Of a DNA stretch of 64,000 nucleotides, positions 21,402-29,167 are shown piece by piece. The DNA is from an uncultured virus (IMG/VR IMGVR_UViG_3300029705_000098) (taxonomy: Duplodnaviria > Heunggongvirae > Uroviricota > Caudoviricetes), in IMG/VR virus record IMGVR_UViG_3300029705_000098; one strand, 5' to 3'. The notes below the pieces were generated by a model. It saw only the letters and a program-made list of their open reading frames with translations. It was not told the DNA's origin and did no database searches. Each line of letters starts with the position of its first letter. Position 1 is the stretch's first letter. The position numbers were made by a program, and so were the translations under genes.

Positions 21402-22188
21402 TACTATCCTTCTTACATAATTCCTTATAATTGCAATATGCACACTTTTTATCGTTTGCATCTTCAGGCTTAGGGGGAACTTCTTTCTTATCAACATAGG
21501 ATTGGCACGTATCTATCAGGTTTATAATGCCATTTCTCTCGCTCCCTGATACGTTGTACATATAGGCCTTATAGTCCACAATATCTCTGTTAATATATAT
21601 AAAGATAACATCGTCAATCTGTAGTTCAAGGCTGTATGTGCGTGCTTGGTTATAGTGCTTGGGGTCAACACCCTTTCTATCTTTCCACTTAAAACTGCTC
21701 TCTGTCTTAAACTCTACGATATAATATCTTCCCTTATATCTGATAATTCCGTCACACAAAAAACTGATGTTGCGGTTTTTATCATACAGCTTGGTCTCAT
21801 TACCACACTTCTCAACAATCTCTAAGTGGTCAAGCCCTCTTGACTTAACGTATTCCGCAACATCTATATACTCGCAGTCAAACCCATTCTCTTTCATTTT
21901 GGAGATTGCGTTCTGTATTCTCTCGTGTCGGTCAGTTCCGCTCTCGCAGATACCTACCATAATGTAGTTACTATCGGGCTCTACATCTACTCCCATTACT
22001 TGATAATACATAGAGCGAATACAGTTCATTCCTGAAGGCTTATATGTTTGAGAGGGCTTACGAGCATTTTTCATATCGTCCAACTCAATAGACCTCTTAA
22101 GATTATCTAAAAATTCCTGCTCAACAGGAACCTTTGAGTTTGCCTTTTCTATTGCCTTCAATACTGCGTTTAACGACCTTCTTGCCAT
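21394..22188 (-). CDS. Cas4-like PD-(D/E)XK exonuclease
   Basis: PS...C.R, GT..H, DGI, EFKT, Q...Y and C-terminal C..C.Y...C. Confidence 0.8.
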   Translation of the reverse strand: MARRSLNAVLKAIEKANSKVPVEQEFLDNLKRSIELDDMKNARKPSQTYKPSGMNCIRSMYYQVMGVDVEPDSNYIMVGICESGTDRHERIQNAISKMKENGFDCEYIDVAEYVKSRGLDHLEIVEKCGNETKLYDKNRNISFLCDGIIRYKGRYYIVEFKTESSFKWKDRKGVDPKHYNQARTYSLELQIDDVIFIYINRDIVDYKAYMYNVSGSERNGIINLIDTCQSYVDKKEVPPKPEDANDKKCAYCNYKELCKKDSNG

Positions 22189-22324
22189 TATATCTTCTCC
22201 TCTAAAAGTGTTAGTCTTACACTCTTTTATAAAAGATACCCGGCTGTAACGGGGAGAAAAACTACTAAACTCGCTATGAATTTCACATAAGAAAGTGAGA
22301 CATTACTATGACAAAGTATGTCTA

Positions 22325-22399
22325 TGGCTGAGGTGGCAGGATTCGAACCTACGAGTGTTGGAGTCAAAGACCAATGCCTTACCGCTTGGCGACACCTCA
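22325..22399 (-). tRNA. tRNA-Gln(UUG), CCA encoded
   Basis: Cloverleaf TGAGGTG/CACCTCA, anticodon loop CTTTGAC, T-loop TTCGAAT, GCCA end. Confidence 0.93.
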
Positions 22400-22479
22400 G
22401 TGTTTGCTAGTCTGTTCCTAGCAGCCAGCAAGTCCTTGAGTTTAAAGTCTGCATATGACTTGCAAGATTTAGACTGTTG

Positions 22480-22638
22480 GGGAGTAGATAAGGATTCGAA
22501 CCTTACATGAGATTATCCTCCTCGGAGCAACTTAAAAGGCTGATTTACGTTTTACTATAGCAACATAAATACTGCGCAATTAGTTGTACTTCCTAAACAT
22601 TTAAGTTTTCCGATGCAATTCCACTCTGCCACTACTCC
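22480..22638 (-). ncRNA. tRNA-shaped RNA with an 82-nt domain in place of the anticodon loop
   Basis: GGAGTAG/CTACTCC acceptor, D-arm, TCGGA/TCCGA stem, long variable arm, T-arm with TTCGAAT. Confidence 0.75.
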
Positions 22639-22644
22639 ATATTT

Positions 22645-23060
22645 TACCTACTTTCCGTCGGGTGTTGCGAACACTCGACGGGTTCGGCATCACACTCTAC
22701 CTTGTTTATATACCGCGCGGTTGAGTTGGTAAACTGGCGGTATAGGACATTCTTCCCGATGCACCGTTTAACTCTCACGAACTTTTCTCCAGTCGGATTA
22801 CTCCTGTATCGCTAGTGAGTAGAAGTTTGTCCTAAGTGGATAGTTGGAGCAACCTCAAAGTCCCTATCCGTAGACTTAATAGTTGTGTCATTGTCCCAAC
22901 TATCAAAGGCTGGTATATATCGTTTTGCCTACGCCTGACTTTGTTGCGAGCAGGTATCAGGAATGTACCTGTTTGTGTATAACAAACGTTAATCAGGTTT
23001 ACCACTTCACAAGCATACCGCATCAGGGTTTACCATTCCAATCAAAGATTGTTACACACG
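22645..23060 (-). ncRNA. Candidate large structured ncRNA inside the tRNA island
   Basis: No credible ORF. Many nested helices and a possible long-range pairing. Confidence 0.55.
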
Positions 23061-23161
23061 TTGGTGATAGGTTTTTGAAGAGATACCTAACAAACTCTTT
23101 AACAAGGCACGGCTTTAAGAATTAACAGTTCTTTGCTTTAATTGCTGTATGTGCCTTTAAG

Positions 23162-23238
23162 TGGTGCTTTCGACGAGACTTGAACTCGTAACCCTGTGAT
23201 TAAAAATCACATCTTCTAGCCGATTGAACTACGAAAGC
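23162..23238 (-). tRNA. tRNA-Lys(UUU), CCA encoded
   Basis: GCTTTCG/CGAAAGC acceptor, TGTGA-TTTTTAA-TCACA anticodon arm, TTCAAGT T-loop, ACCA end. Confidence 0.93.
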
Positions 23239-23254
23239 GTCCTGTTTATTTTAA

Positions 23255-23343
23255 ATACTCACCGAGACAAAATACGTGTGGTTAACAATCTTAGGTATCA
23301 AACAAGGAGTAATTATCTTATAAGAATATGTCTCGGTGAGTAT
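23255..23343. repeat. Perfect 15-bp inverted repeat in the tRNA-operon leader
   Basis: ATACTCACCGAGACA ... TGTCTCGGTGAGTAT. Confidence 0.85.
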
Positions 23344-23380
23344 CTTTTACTTCATCTCTCTTTCTTTTTTTGTTAAGAAC

Positions 23381-23435
23381 ATTATACTACACGATTACGT
23401 GGTACTCAATGAACTAATTGTAAACAATTTGTAAA
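23381..23435 (-). promoter_or_regulatory. Promoter of the tRNA/ncRNA/recombination operon with upstream TTTACA boxes
   Basis: TTGAGT-17-TATAAT. Upstream TTTACA-N5-TTTACA-N5-TTCATT. Confidence 0.75.
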
Positions 23436-23436
23436 C

Positions 23437-23724
23437 TTAGAAGAGTGTAGTCTGATTATCGGCAAGATGTTTTTTCCAACAAACATCTCCATACCCGCGC
23501 TGTTGCGCCTCTGGGTTTGTAAGTTTTCTCCCACATCTAATACACTTTGGGATTGATGAGCCCTTATCTAACTTATCGAACACAGACTTAACATCAACTT
23601 TTGGAATTTCCCTACAAACTCCTTTAATGCACATCGTATCTTTGAAATGCACCGTTACTTCCTCATTTATTTGCCACTCGGGTACATCCTTAATTTCGAT
23701 ATATGCTTTTACATACTTTGTCAT
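23437..23724 (-). CDS. DUF6011-like zinc-finger protein
   Basis: C.RCGRKLT.P....RGYG..C. Ends in QTTLF. Confidence 0.65.
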   Translation of the reverse strand: MTKYVKAYIEIKDVPEWQINEEVTVHFKDTMCIKGVCREIPKVDVKSVFDKLDKGSSIPKCIRCGRKLTNPEAQQRGYGDVCWKKHLADNQTTLF

Positions 23725-24671
23725 AGAATATTTACCAACAGATAATCAATCGACAACTCATCTTCAATTTTGCCTGTGATTATTCCTTTCTGTATTTTCT
23801 GTATCATCTTTAGTATTCTAAAGAGTTCATTCGTTGTGTAGTAATTGCACTTATCCTTTGCACACTTTACCTGCCAAGGAGTAAGTCCTGTGGATTTGCA
23901 CACTTCTTTACCTTCATACGATTGTACTTGTAATACTTGTTTGGCATTATTGTACAACACAGAAAGTATTACCATACTCGCCTCATTTACTTGTCGGCAC
24001 TGGTCTAACAGATAGTAAACATCATTAATCCTTCTCTTTAGGATAGCATCAACAAGGTCAAATATAGCATCTTTAGGGGGAATTGAAAATGCTCCCTCTT
24101 TTAAAAGATACTCAAATGCAGTATCGTATCGTGATTGACCCTCTATCTTACTCTCTACTGCCATCAAATACTTCTTAATCTTGTCTATCTCTAAAAGTAT
24201 ACGTGAATAGTCATTCTCACATATAGCGATTAAACGCTCACAATTAGCGTTATTTAGTTTTATCTCACGTTGACAATACTTGATAAGCATTTCAGTTGAT
24301 AAGTGCTCAAACAGAACGATTTTATCAGCATTGGCCTTATAGAATTTTGTGCGCTTATCTGTACTTGTAACAAGATTGATAATTACATTTCCGTTCAATC
24401 GGTTATGCTCTATTTGAGACTGAAGTGTATCGTCTTGTAATAAGTCTTTATCATCACGCACAACATACACACGAGGATTTCCAAACAATACAGGACTTGT
24501 TATATCTTCCCAAACTTCCGAGATGCTATCCACACGTAATACTTCGTAGTTAAGAACTTCCGCTATCTTATTTATATAAATTCTTTGGATTTCTATCTCA
24601 TCTCCAGAAAATATATAGTAGGGCTTAATCGTTTTGTTCTTAATATCGGTTTTTACATCAGCGATATTCAT
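23721..24671 (-). CDS. holA: Clamp-loader delta subunit-like protein
   Basis: YIFSGDE, LFG, EIDK and IFDLVDAI in HolA-like order. Confidence 0.75.
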   Translation of the reverse strand: MNIADVKTDIKNKTIKPYYIFSGDEIEIQRIYINKIAEVLNYEVLRVDSISEVWEDITSPVLFGNPRVYVVRDDKDLLQDDTLQSQIEHNRLNGNVIINLVTSTDKRTKFYKANADKIVLFEHLSTEMLIKYCQREIKLNNANCERLIAICENDYSRILLEIDKIKKYLMAVESKIEGQSRYDTAFEYLLKEGAFSIPPKDAIFDLVDAILKRRINDVYYLLDQCRQVNEASMVILSVLYNNAKQVLQVQSYEGKEVCKSTGLTPWQVKCAKDKCNYYTTNELFRILKMIQKIQKGIITGKIEDELSIDYLLVNIL

Positions 24672-25498
24672 GCCCAATCCTCTCGTATTGAAACAACCCA
24701 CTGGTCAAACAGCATTTGCTTATTTATACCACGAATGTTTAACTGCTGTGCGTATTCCCCTGTAATCCCGATTGCTCTCGCATACTTAAGCGGGTCATCT
24801 CCGCTCTTCATTCTATCTACGCACAAAACATTAAATGCTTTCCAAAACAGTTTAAGACTGTACTTATCTTCCTCGTCCTTAAGCGCAATATTGTTGCCTA
24901 TCTTAAAAGCGTTACTATCCTGAACATCTGCAATATTATCAATTACTAAATTCACGTAACTTATAAAGTCTGGAAGATTTGTGGACCATAAGTAATTAAT
25001 GTCACCGGGAGTAGTCGCAGTATCTAATGCAAACTCTATTTCTTTATCTGTCCATTTATTCATGTCGTACATCATATTTACATAATCACACTTATCCATG
25101 TAAGAATAAGGTTCGAGCATATAAGTTACTCCTCTACTTCTAATCGTAGAGAGTAAATTTTCCTCATTTTCACACGTAAGTATAAAATACGCATTCCTGG
25201 GAGGCTCTTCTGTGACTTTCAAAAGCGCATTTGCGGCCGCAAGAGAAAGATTATCACAATCAGGGATTATATAAAAGATTGGCAAATCTGCTTTATAGCA
25301 CGTTTCTATGATATTTCGGATTGTGTCTACTTTAATATCAGGAGCAACCCACGCCGCGCGTCCCGACATTTGCGCTATACTCTTTGCAAGTTCCTTTTTA
25401 CCGCTTCCTTTTTCTCCTATCAAAATAGAAAATCTAGGAAATCTATCTCTCTCTACCTGACCACCTATCTTATTAAGTAGTTCCAGTTGTCCTACCAT
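24668..25498 (-). CDS. holB: Clamp-loader delta-prime-like protein
   Basis: GEKGSGK, AANALLKVTEEPP and TIRSR motifs. Confidence 0.8.
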   Translation of the reverse strand: MVGQLELLNKIGGQVERDRFPRFSILIGEKGSGKKELAKSIAQMSGRAAWVAPDIKVDTIRNIIETCYKADLPIFYIIPDCDNLSLAAANALLKVTEEPPRNAYFILTCENEENLLSTIRSRGVTYMLEPYSYMDKCDYVNMMYDMNKWTDKEIEFALDTATTPGDINYLWSTNLPDFISYVNLVIDNIADVQDSNAFKIGNNIALKDEEDKYSLKLFWKAFNVLCVDRMKSGDDPLKYARAIGITGEYAQQLNIRGINKQMLFDQWVVSIREDWA

Positions 25499-25788
25499 TA
25501 CTCTTCTCCCTCCTCTAATGCCTCGAAATGCTCATCAAGACATAATCCGTTCTTGTCATACCACTCGAACCAGCCCCGCGCATCTTCGTCCCACTCCTCA
25601 AGACCTGCCGCAGAACAGTGGTCACTAAAAACGCCCTCTTTGATTTTTGTGTTAAGGAAACGAGCGATACTGTCAATTACGAGTTTTGCCTCTTCAGGTG
25701 TCTTGACTTCCTGATAATAGGGGTCTGTACCTAAAATCGTGTACCATACTCTTAACTTCTCCTCCATGTTAATTCTCCTTATTTTCAA
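25498..25788 (-). CDS. Small acidic protein resembling the P22 gp17 family
   Basis: KLRVW...V...EEA...D.C...GL......W.EWYD pattern. Confidence 0.5.
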   Translation of the reverse strand: MKIRRINMEEKLRVWYTILGTDPYYQEVKTPEEAKLVIDSIARFLNTKIKEGVFSDHCSAAGLEEWDEDARGWFEWYDKNGLCLDEHFEALEEGEE

Positions 25789-25935
25789 TCAGTTTGCGAA
25801 CTTTTTTCATAAGTTCCTCTTGTTTTGTAACTAAAAGATAAATTACAACTTCTGTGAAAATTAATGGAATGAGTTATTGATAACTCTAACAGTTCAAGTT
25901 CCTCTTTAGTAAAATCGTTCATTTGTTCCAAGCTC

Positions 25936-26256
25936 CTATAACTGATTTCCGTATTTAACCAAAGTACAATTTGAGGAGTGAACCAAATAAGTTTTTCCCT
26001 CTACAGTTATCTGTAGTTGGTCTCCGTCCTCAAAGTCTCTCCAGGAAGTAACTTTTCCCTCAACAACCTCTCCGTTCTGTAACTCGATATACGCATAATC
26101 ATATGCGTAAGTTAAATCTATCGTATTATAATTACACGCAGTAATTATCCCTGCACACATAATCAATAATATCGCAACAATAGAAAGAATAGCCTTAACT
26201 TTACCCAGTTTCACGCTCATATCAAGTTCTTTCTTATAATCATTAATGCACTTCAC
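25936..26256 (-). CDS. Putative lipoprotein
   Basis: Hydrophobic signal followed by an ITAC lipobox-like site. Confidence 0.6.
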   Translation of the reverse strand: MKCINDYKKELDMSVKLGKVKAILSIVAILLIMCAGIITACNYNTIDLTYAYDYAYIELQNGEVVEGKVTSWRDFEDGDQLQITVEGKTYLVHSSNCTLVKYGNQL

Positions 26257-26314
26257 GTTGTTTCTCCTCTTTGTAAATCTTTGTGTTTATAAGAACACAC
26301 ATTAAACCAGTACA

Positions 26315-27322
26315 TTACTCTCCCGTAATACACCACGCCTCAATTCGTGCTTTAGGGTTTGTATCCCACTTTATATCTGCTTGCAAATTAATCAATGCAG
26401 ATAACAGTTCTTCCTGTGTATTAACATTCTCGTACTCAAGGAACGCGGATGTTATATCTTCTGTCATAGGGCAATTCAAATATCCCTTAGCACCCAAAAT
26501 CCACTTACTAAAATCAAGGATAAAGTTTGTGAAATGCTTTATGAACTGTTTTAAGTCATAACCCGACATATACACTTCATTAATTATCTTAAGGCGCTCT
26601 TCCTTGTTATAATCAAAATATGCCCTGAACATTCTTAATAGCAAGTCATAACTGGGTATTCCAAGTGCTTTAACTACACTATCAACGGTTAAATTCGTTG
26701 AGTAGGACAAGCACTTATCCAACATAGTAAGCGCATCTCTCATATGTCCTTGTGCCTGTTTTGCAATATACTCAAGTGCGGATTTTTCTGTTTTTCCCTT
26801 AATATTTTCACTCTTAAGAACATAGGATAATCTATTCGTTATTTCCTTTTGACTAATCATTTGGAAATCAAATCTCTGCGCACGGCTTAAGATTGTTCTA
26901 GGGATTTTCTGCGGGTCAGTTGTACACATAATAAATATAGATTTTGCAGGGGGTTCTTCAAGAACTTTCAACATAGCCTGCCAAGCACTGTTTGATAGTG
27001 CGTGGACCTCGTCCATAATGAATACATTATACTCACTATTTAAGGACGCTGTCTTTGCCTTCTTTATAATATCTCTTACATCGTCTACGGAATTATTACT
27101 TGCGGCATCAAGTTCAATAGGATTACCCTTTCCCTGATTAATTCTATTTGCAAAAATTCTTGCACAAGTTGTTTTACCCGTTCCTGCTCCCCCGCAAAAC
27201 AAGTAAGCATTTTTAAAATCTCTCTGTTCCAACTGTTGCTCAAGAACTACTTTGGTAGCGGTCTGTTCAACAACTTCGTCAAAGCTATTGGGCCTGTATT
27301 TAACGGCTAACGACATACTCAT
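26315..27322 (-). CDS. dnaX: Clamp-loader gamma/tau-like ATPase
   Basis: LAVKYRP, G..GTGKTT, ELDAASN, DEVHAL, LEEPP and G.MRDA motifs. Confidence 0.9.
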   Translation of the reverse strand: MSMSLAVKYRPNSFDEVVEQTATKVVLEQQLEQRDFKNAYLFCGGAGTGKTTCARIFANRINQGKGNPIELDAASNNSVDDVRDIIKKAKTASLNSEYNVFIMDEVHALSNSAWQAMLKVLEEPPAKSIFIMCTTDPQKIPRTILSRAQRFDFQMISQKEITNRLSYVLKSENIKGKTEKSALEYIAKQAQGHMRDALTMLDKCLSYSTNLTVDSVVKALGIPSYDLLLRMFRAYFDYNKEERLKIINEVYMSGYDLKQFIKHFTNFILDFSKWILGAKGYLNCPMTEDITSAFLEYENVNTQEELLSALINLQADIKWDTNPKARIEAWCITGE

Positions 27323-28461
27323 TTATCAAATCCACCTTCACTGTTTGGAAAATTAAAATCATTTGCTTCATCTGAATTGTTAATGGGGATACTCTCAATA
27401 ATATCTACGTTCTCGGGGTGTGCCATATATCTTATAAAGAACTCCCCAATAGTATCAACCGTGTTTTCGAGTTTACTCACTTTGATTGATAAATGCGTTA
27501 TCACTAAAGCAATTCCGATAAGTATGATTGATATAATAATTGCAACAACAATTTTATCCATTAGGTTTCCTCGCTCTTAACAAGAATATACTTTGCAACC
27601 TTAGTCTTTTCTCCGAACCGATTAACGCAATCAATCATAACTGTTATGATGTTATATCCCAAATTCTTTAAGTCATAGATAATTCCCGAAAGTCGAGTAA
27701 TTCCATACTTACGCCACATAGACATACTTGTGACTTCGTTTCCTGCAATAAGTTCGTTAAGAACTGCTTGTCTCTGGCCTCTCATTCGTCGTCCTCCTCA
27801 TACCCGTTTTCTACTGCCTTCTTGTTTGCCATCTGAACGTACTCATCACACACAGCAATTAAATGGTCATAATCTCCAGAAGTTGCCTTTTCCATCATCT
27901 CATCATTTAAATTTCCAAGACCTTCTCTCCTCAATGCGGTAGATGTGTATGCCATAATTGCATACGCATTTCCATTAACTCCAACCAATGTGTACTTGCT
28001 CATTCGTATTCCTCCTGTTTATTTACTTAAATAATCTTGCATTTCATCAATGTATATGTGTTTAAAACTTCCATCGGGTAATTCTATCCCGCACGAAGTA
28101 GAATTAACAAACACTAATTTAGCACCAATCTTTTTAGCAAATGCACGACAAATCTCTTCCCAATCTTTCATCTGCGATTCAGACACAGTTAGAACCGTTC
28201 TATCTCCGCTCATTTATTACCTCCTTGTTGTTCTTGTTTTTTCTGCGCTCTCTTTACTTTCGTAACACGCAGGTAATAATCACGATGATATGCTTTCTTG
28301 TCCGTGATTTTTACCTTTACTTCTACTTTAGGATAACCATTAATAACATCAATGGCCTTATCAATTCCTAGATTGAACATCTTACTATCTTCTGTATCTT
28401 CGGAAGAAAACTTCGATGCGTTTAAATCTTCGATAATCTTATCAACGTCCTTTAACGTCAT
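27319..28461 (-). other. Five small genes (membrane protein 27319-27561, HTH-like 27561-27785, 27782-28003, 28019-28213, 28210-28461)
   Basis: Coupled ORFs with RBSs. Confidence 0.6.
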
Positions 28462-28509
28462 TCGTATACTAACCTCACTTTCTTTTGTTGTTCTTGTAAC
28501 TCTGTAAAC

Positions 28510-28538
28510 ATTATACTAAATGATTAATTGAATGTCAA
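28510..28538 (-). promoter_or_regulatory. Sigma-A promoter with conserved spacer
   Basis: TTGACA-ttcaattAATCATTTAG-TATAAT. Confidence 0.85.
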
Positions 28539-28564
28539 GACTTTTGTTTTAATTAAAATGCGCA

Positions 28565-29167
28565 TTATTCGTATTGTGGTGTACCAAATGGAAACTTAAC
28601 CTTATAAATATTCTGATAGTTGCTACCGTACTTTGCCATATCCTTATATGACTTGAAATACAAATCTACGTGACGTTTCTTTACTGCACTTCCAGTATCC
28701 TCTACGACATACAATCTGCCGTCAACCTCGATAACATCGCCGAACTTAAGATACTTCGGAACGTCTGCCGCACAGGTAGTTACTGTACCCTCGTGACAGG
28801 TTTTTCCGCTCGCCGTTGTCTTGCTGCCTGTCTCTTCGTGATTGTAAGCGGTAACGTAGTACCTTCCAATAGGCTCGGTTGCATACATCAAGCAACTATA
28901 ATTTTCCAAATCAACGGGAACTGTATAACAAATAACAGGACAAGTATTTATAAAATTTTGAAACTGCGTGTGCATTTCCATAGCAACATCATAGGGTTCA
29001 ATCTGCTTTTCTATAACATTTTCTATAACAGGCGTATGTTCTTCTATTATGATAGAATCGGATACACTAGGAATCTGCTCAATAAGTATTTCAGAATATC
29101 CAATAAGCAAATAAGCAAGTACACAAAGAAAAAAGCAAATATCGCGACATTTTGTTTTCATACGCAA
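28565..29167 (-). CDS. Membrane-anchored 3D-domain (peptidoglycan-active) protein
   Basis: TAY, TASG, AAD, EDTG and VDLY motifs. N-terminal hydrophobic helix. Confidence 0.8.
   Translation of the reverse strand: MRMKTKCRDICFFLCVLAYLLIGYSEILIEQIPSVSDSIIIEEHTPVIENVIEKQIEPYDVAMEMHTQFQNFINTCPVICYTVPVDLENYSCLMYATEPIGRYYVTAYNHEETGSKTTASGKTCHEGTVTTCAADVPKYLKFGDVIEVDGRLYVVEDTGSAVKKRHVDLYFKSYKDMAKYGSNYQNIYKVKFPFGTPQYE

Noticed and set aside
21394..22188. CRISPR-Cas system
   Set aside because: The Cas4-like nuclease is solitary in a recombination operon, and no repeat-spacer array was seen anywhere.
22400..22476. HDV-like (theta) ribozyme after a tRNA
   Set aside because: I could not place P3/L3, P1.1 or the catalytic J4/2 cytosine.
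22480..22638. tmRNA, group I intron or ochre-suppressor reading of the tRNA-like element
   Set aside because: It has a full D-stem and no G3-U70 pair. The insert is far too short for a group I intron. The TTA/TAA triplets are not in anticodon position. A 6-codon ORF (MFRKYN) in the insert is within chance expectation.
22832..23125. ORFs 22832-23023 and 22883-23125 (and 22295-22510) in the ORF track
   Set aside because: No convincing RBS or motifs. They overlap tRNAs or structured RNA.
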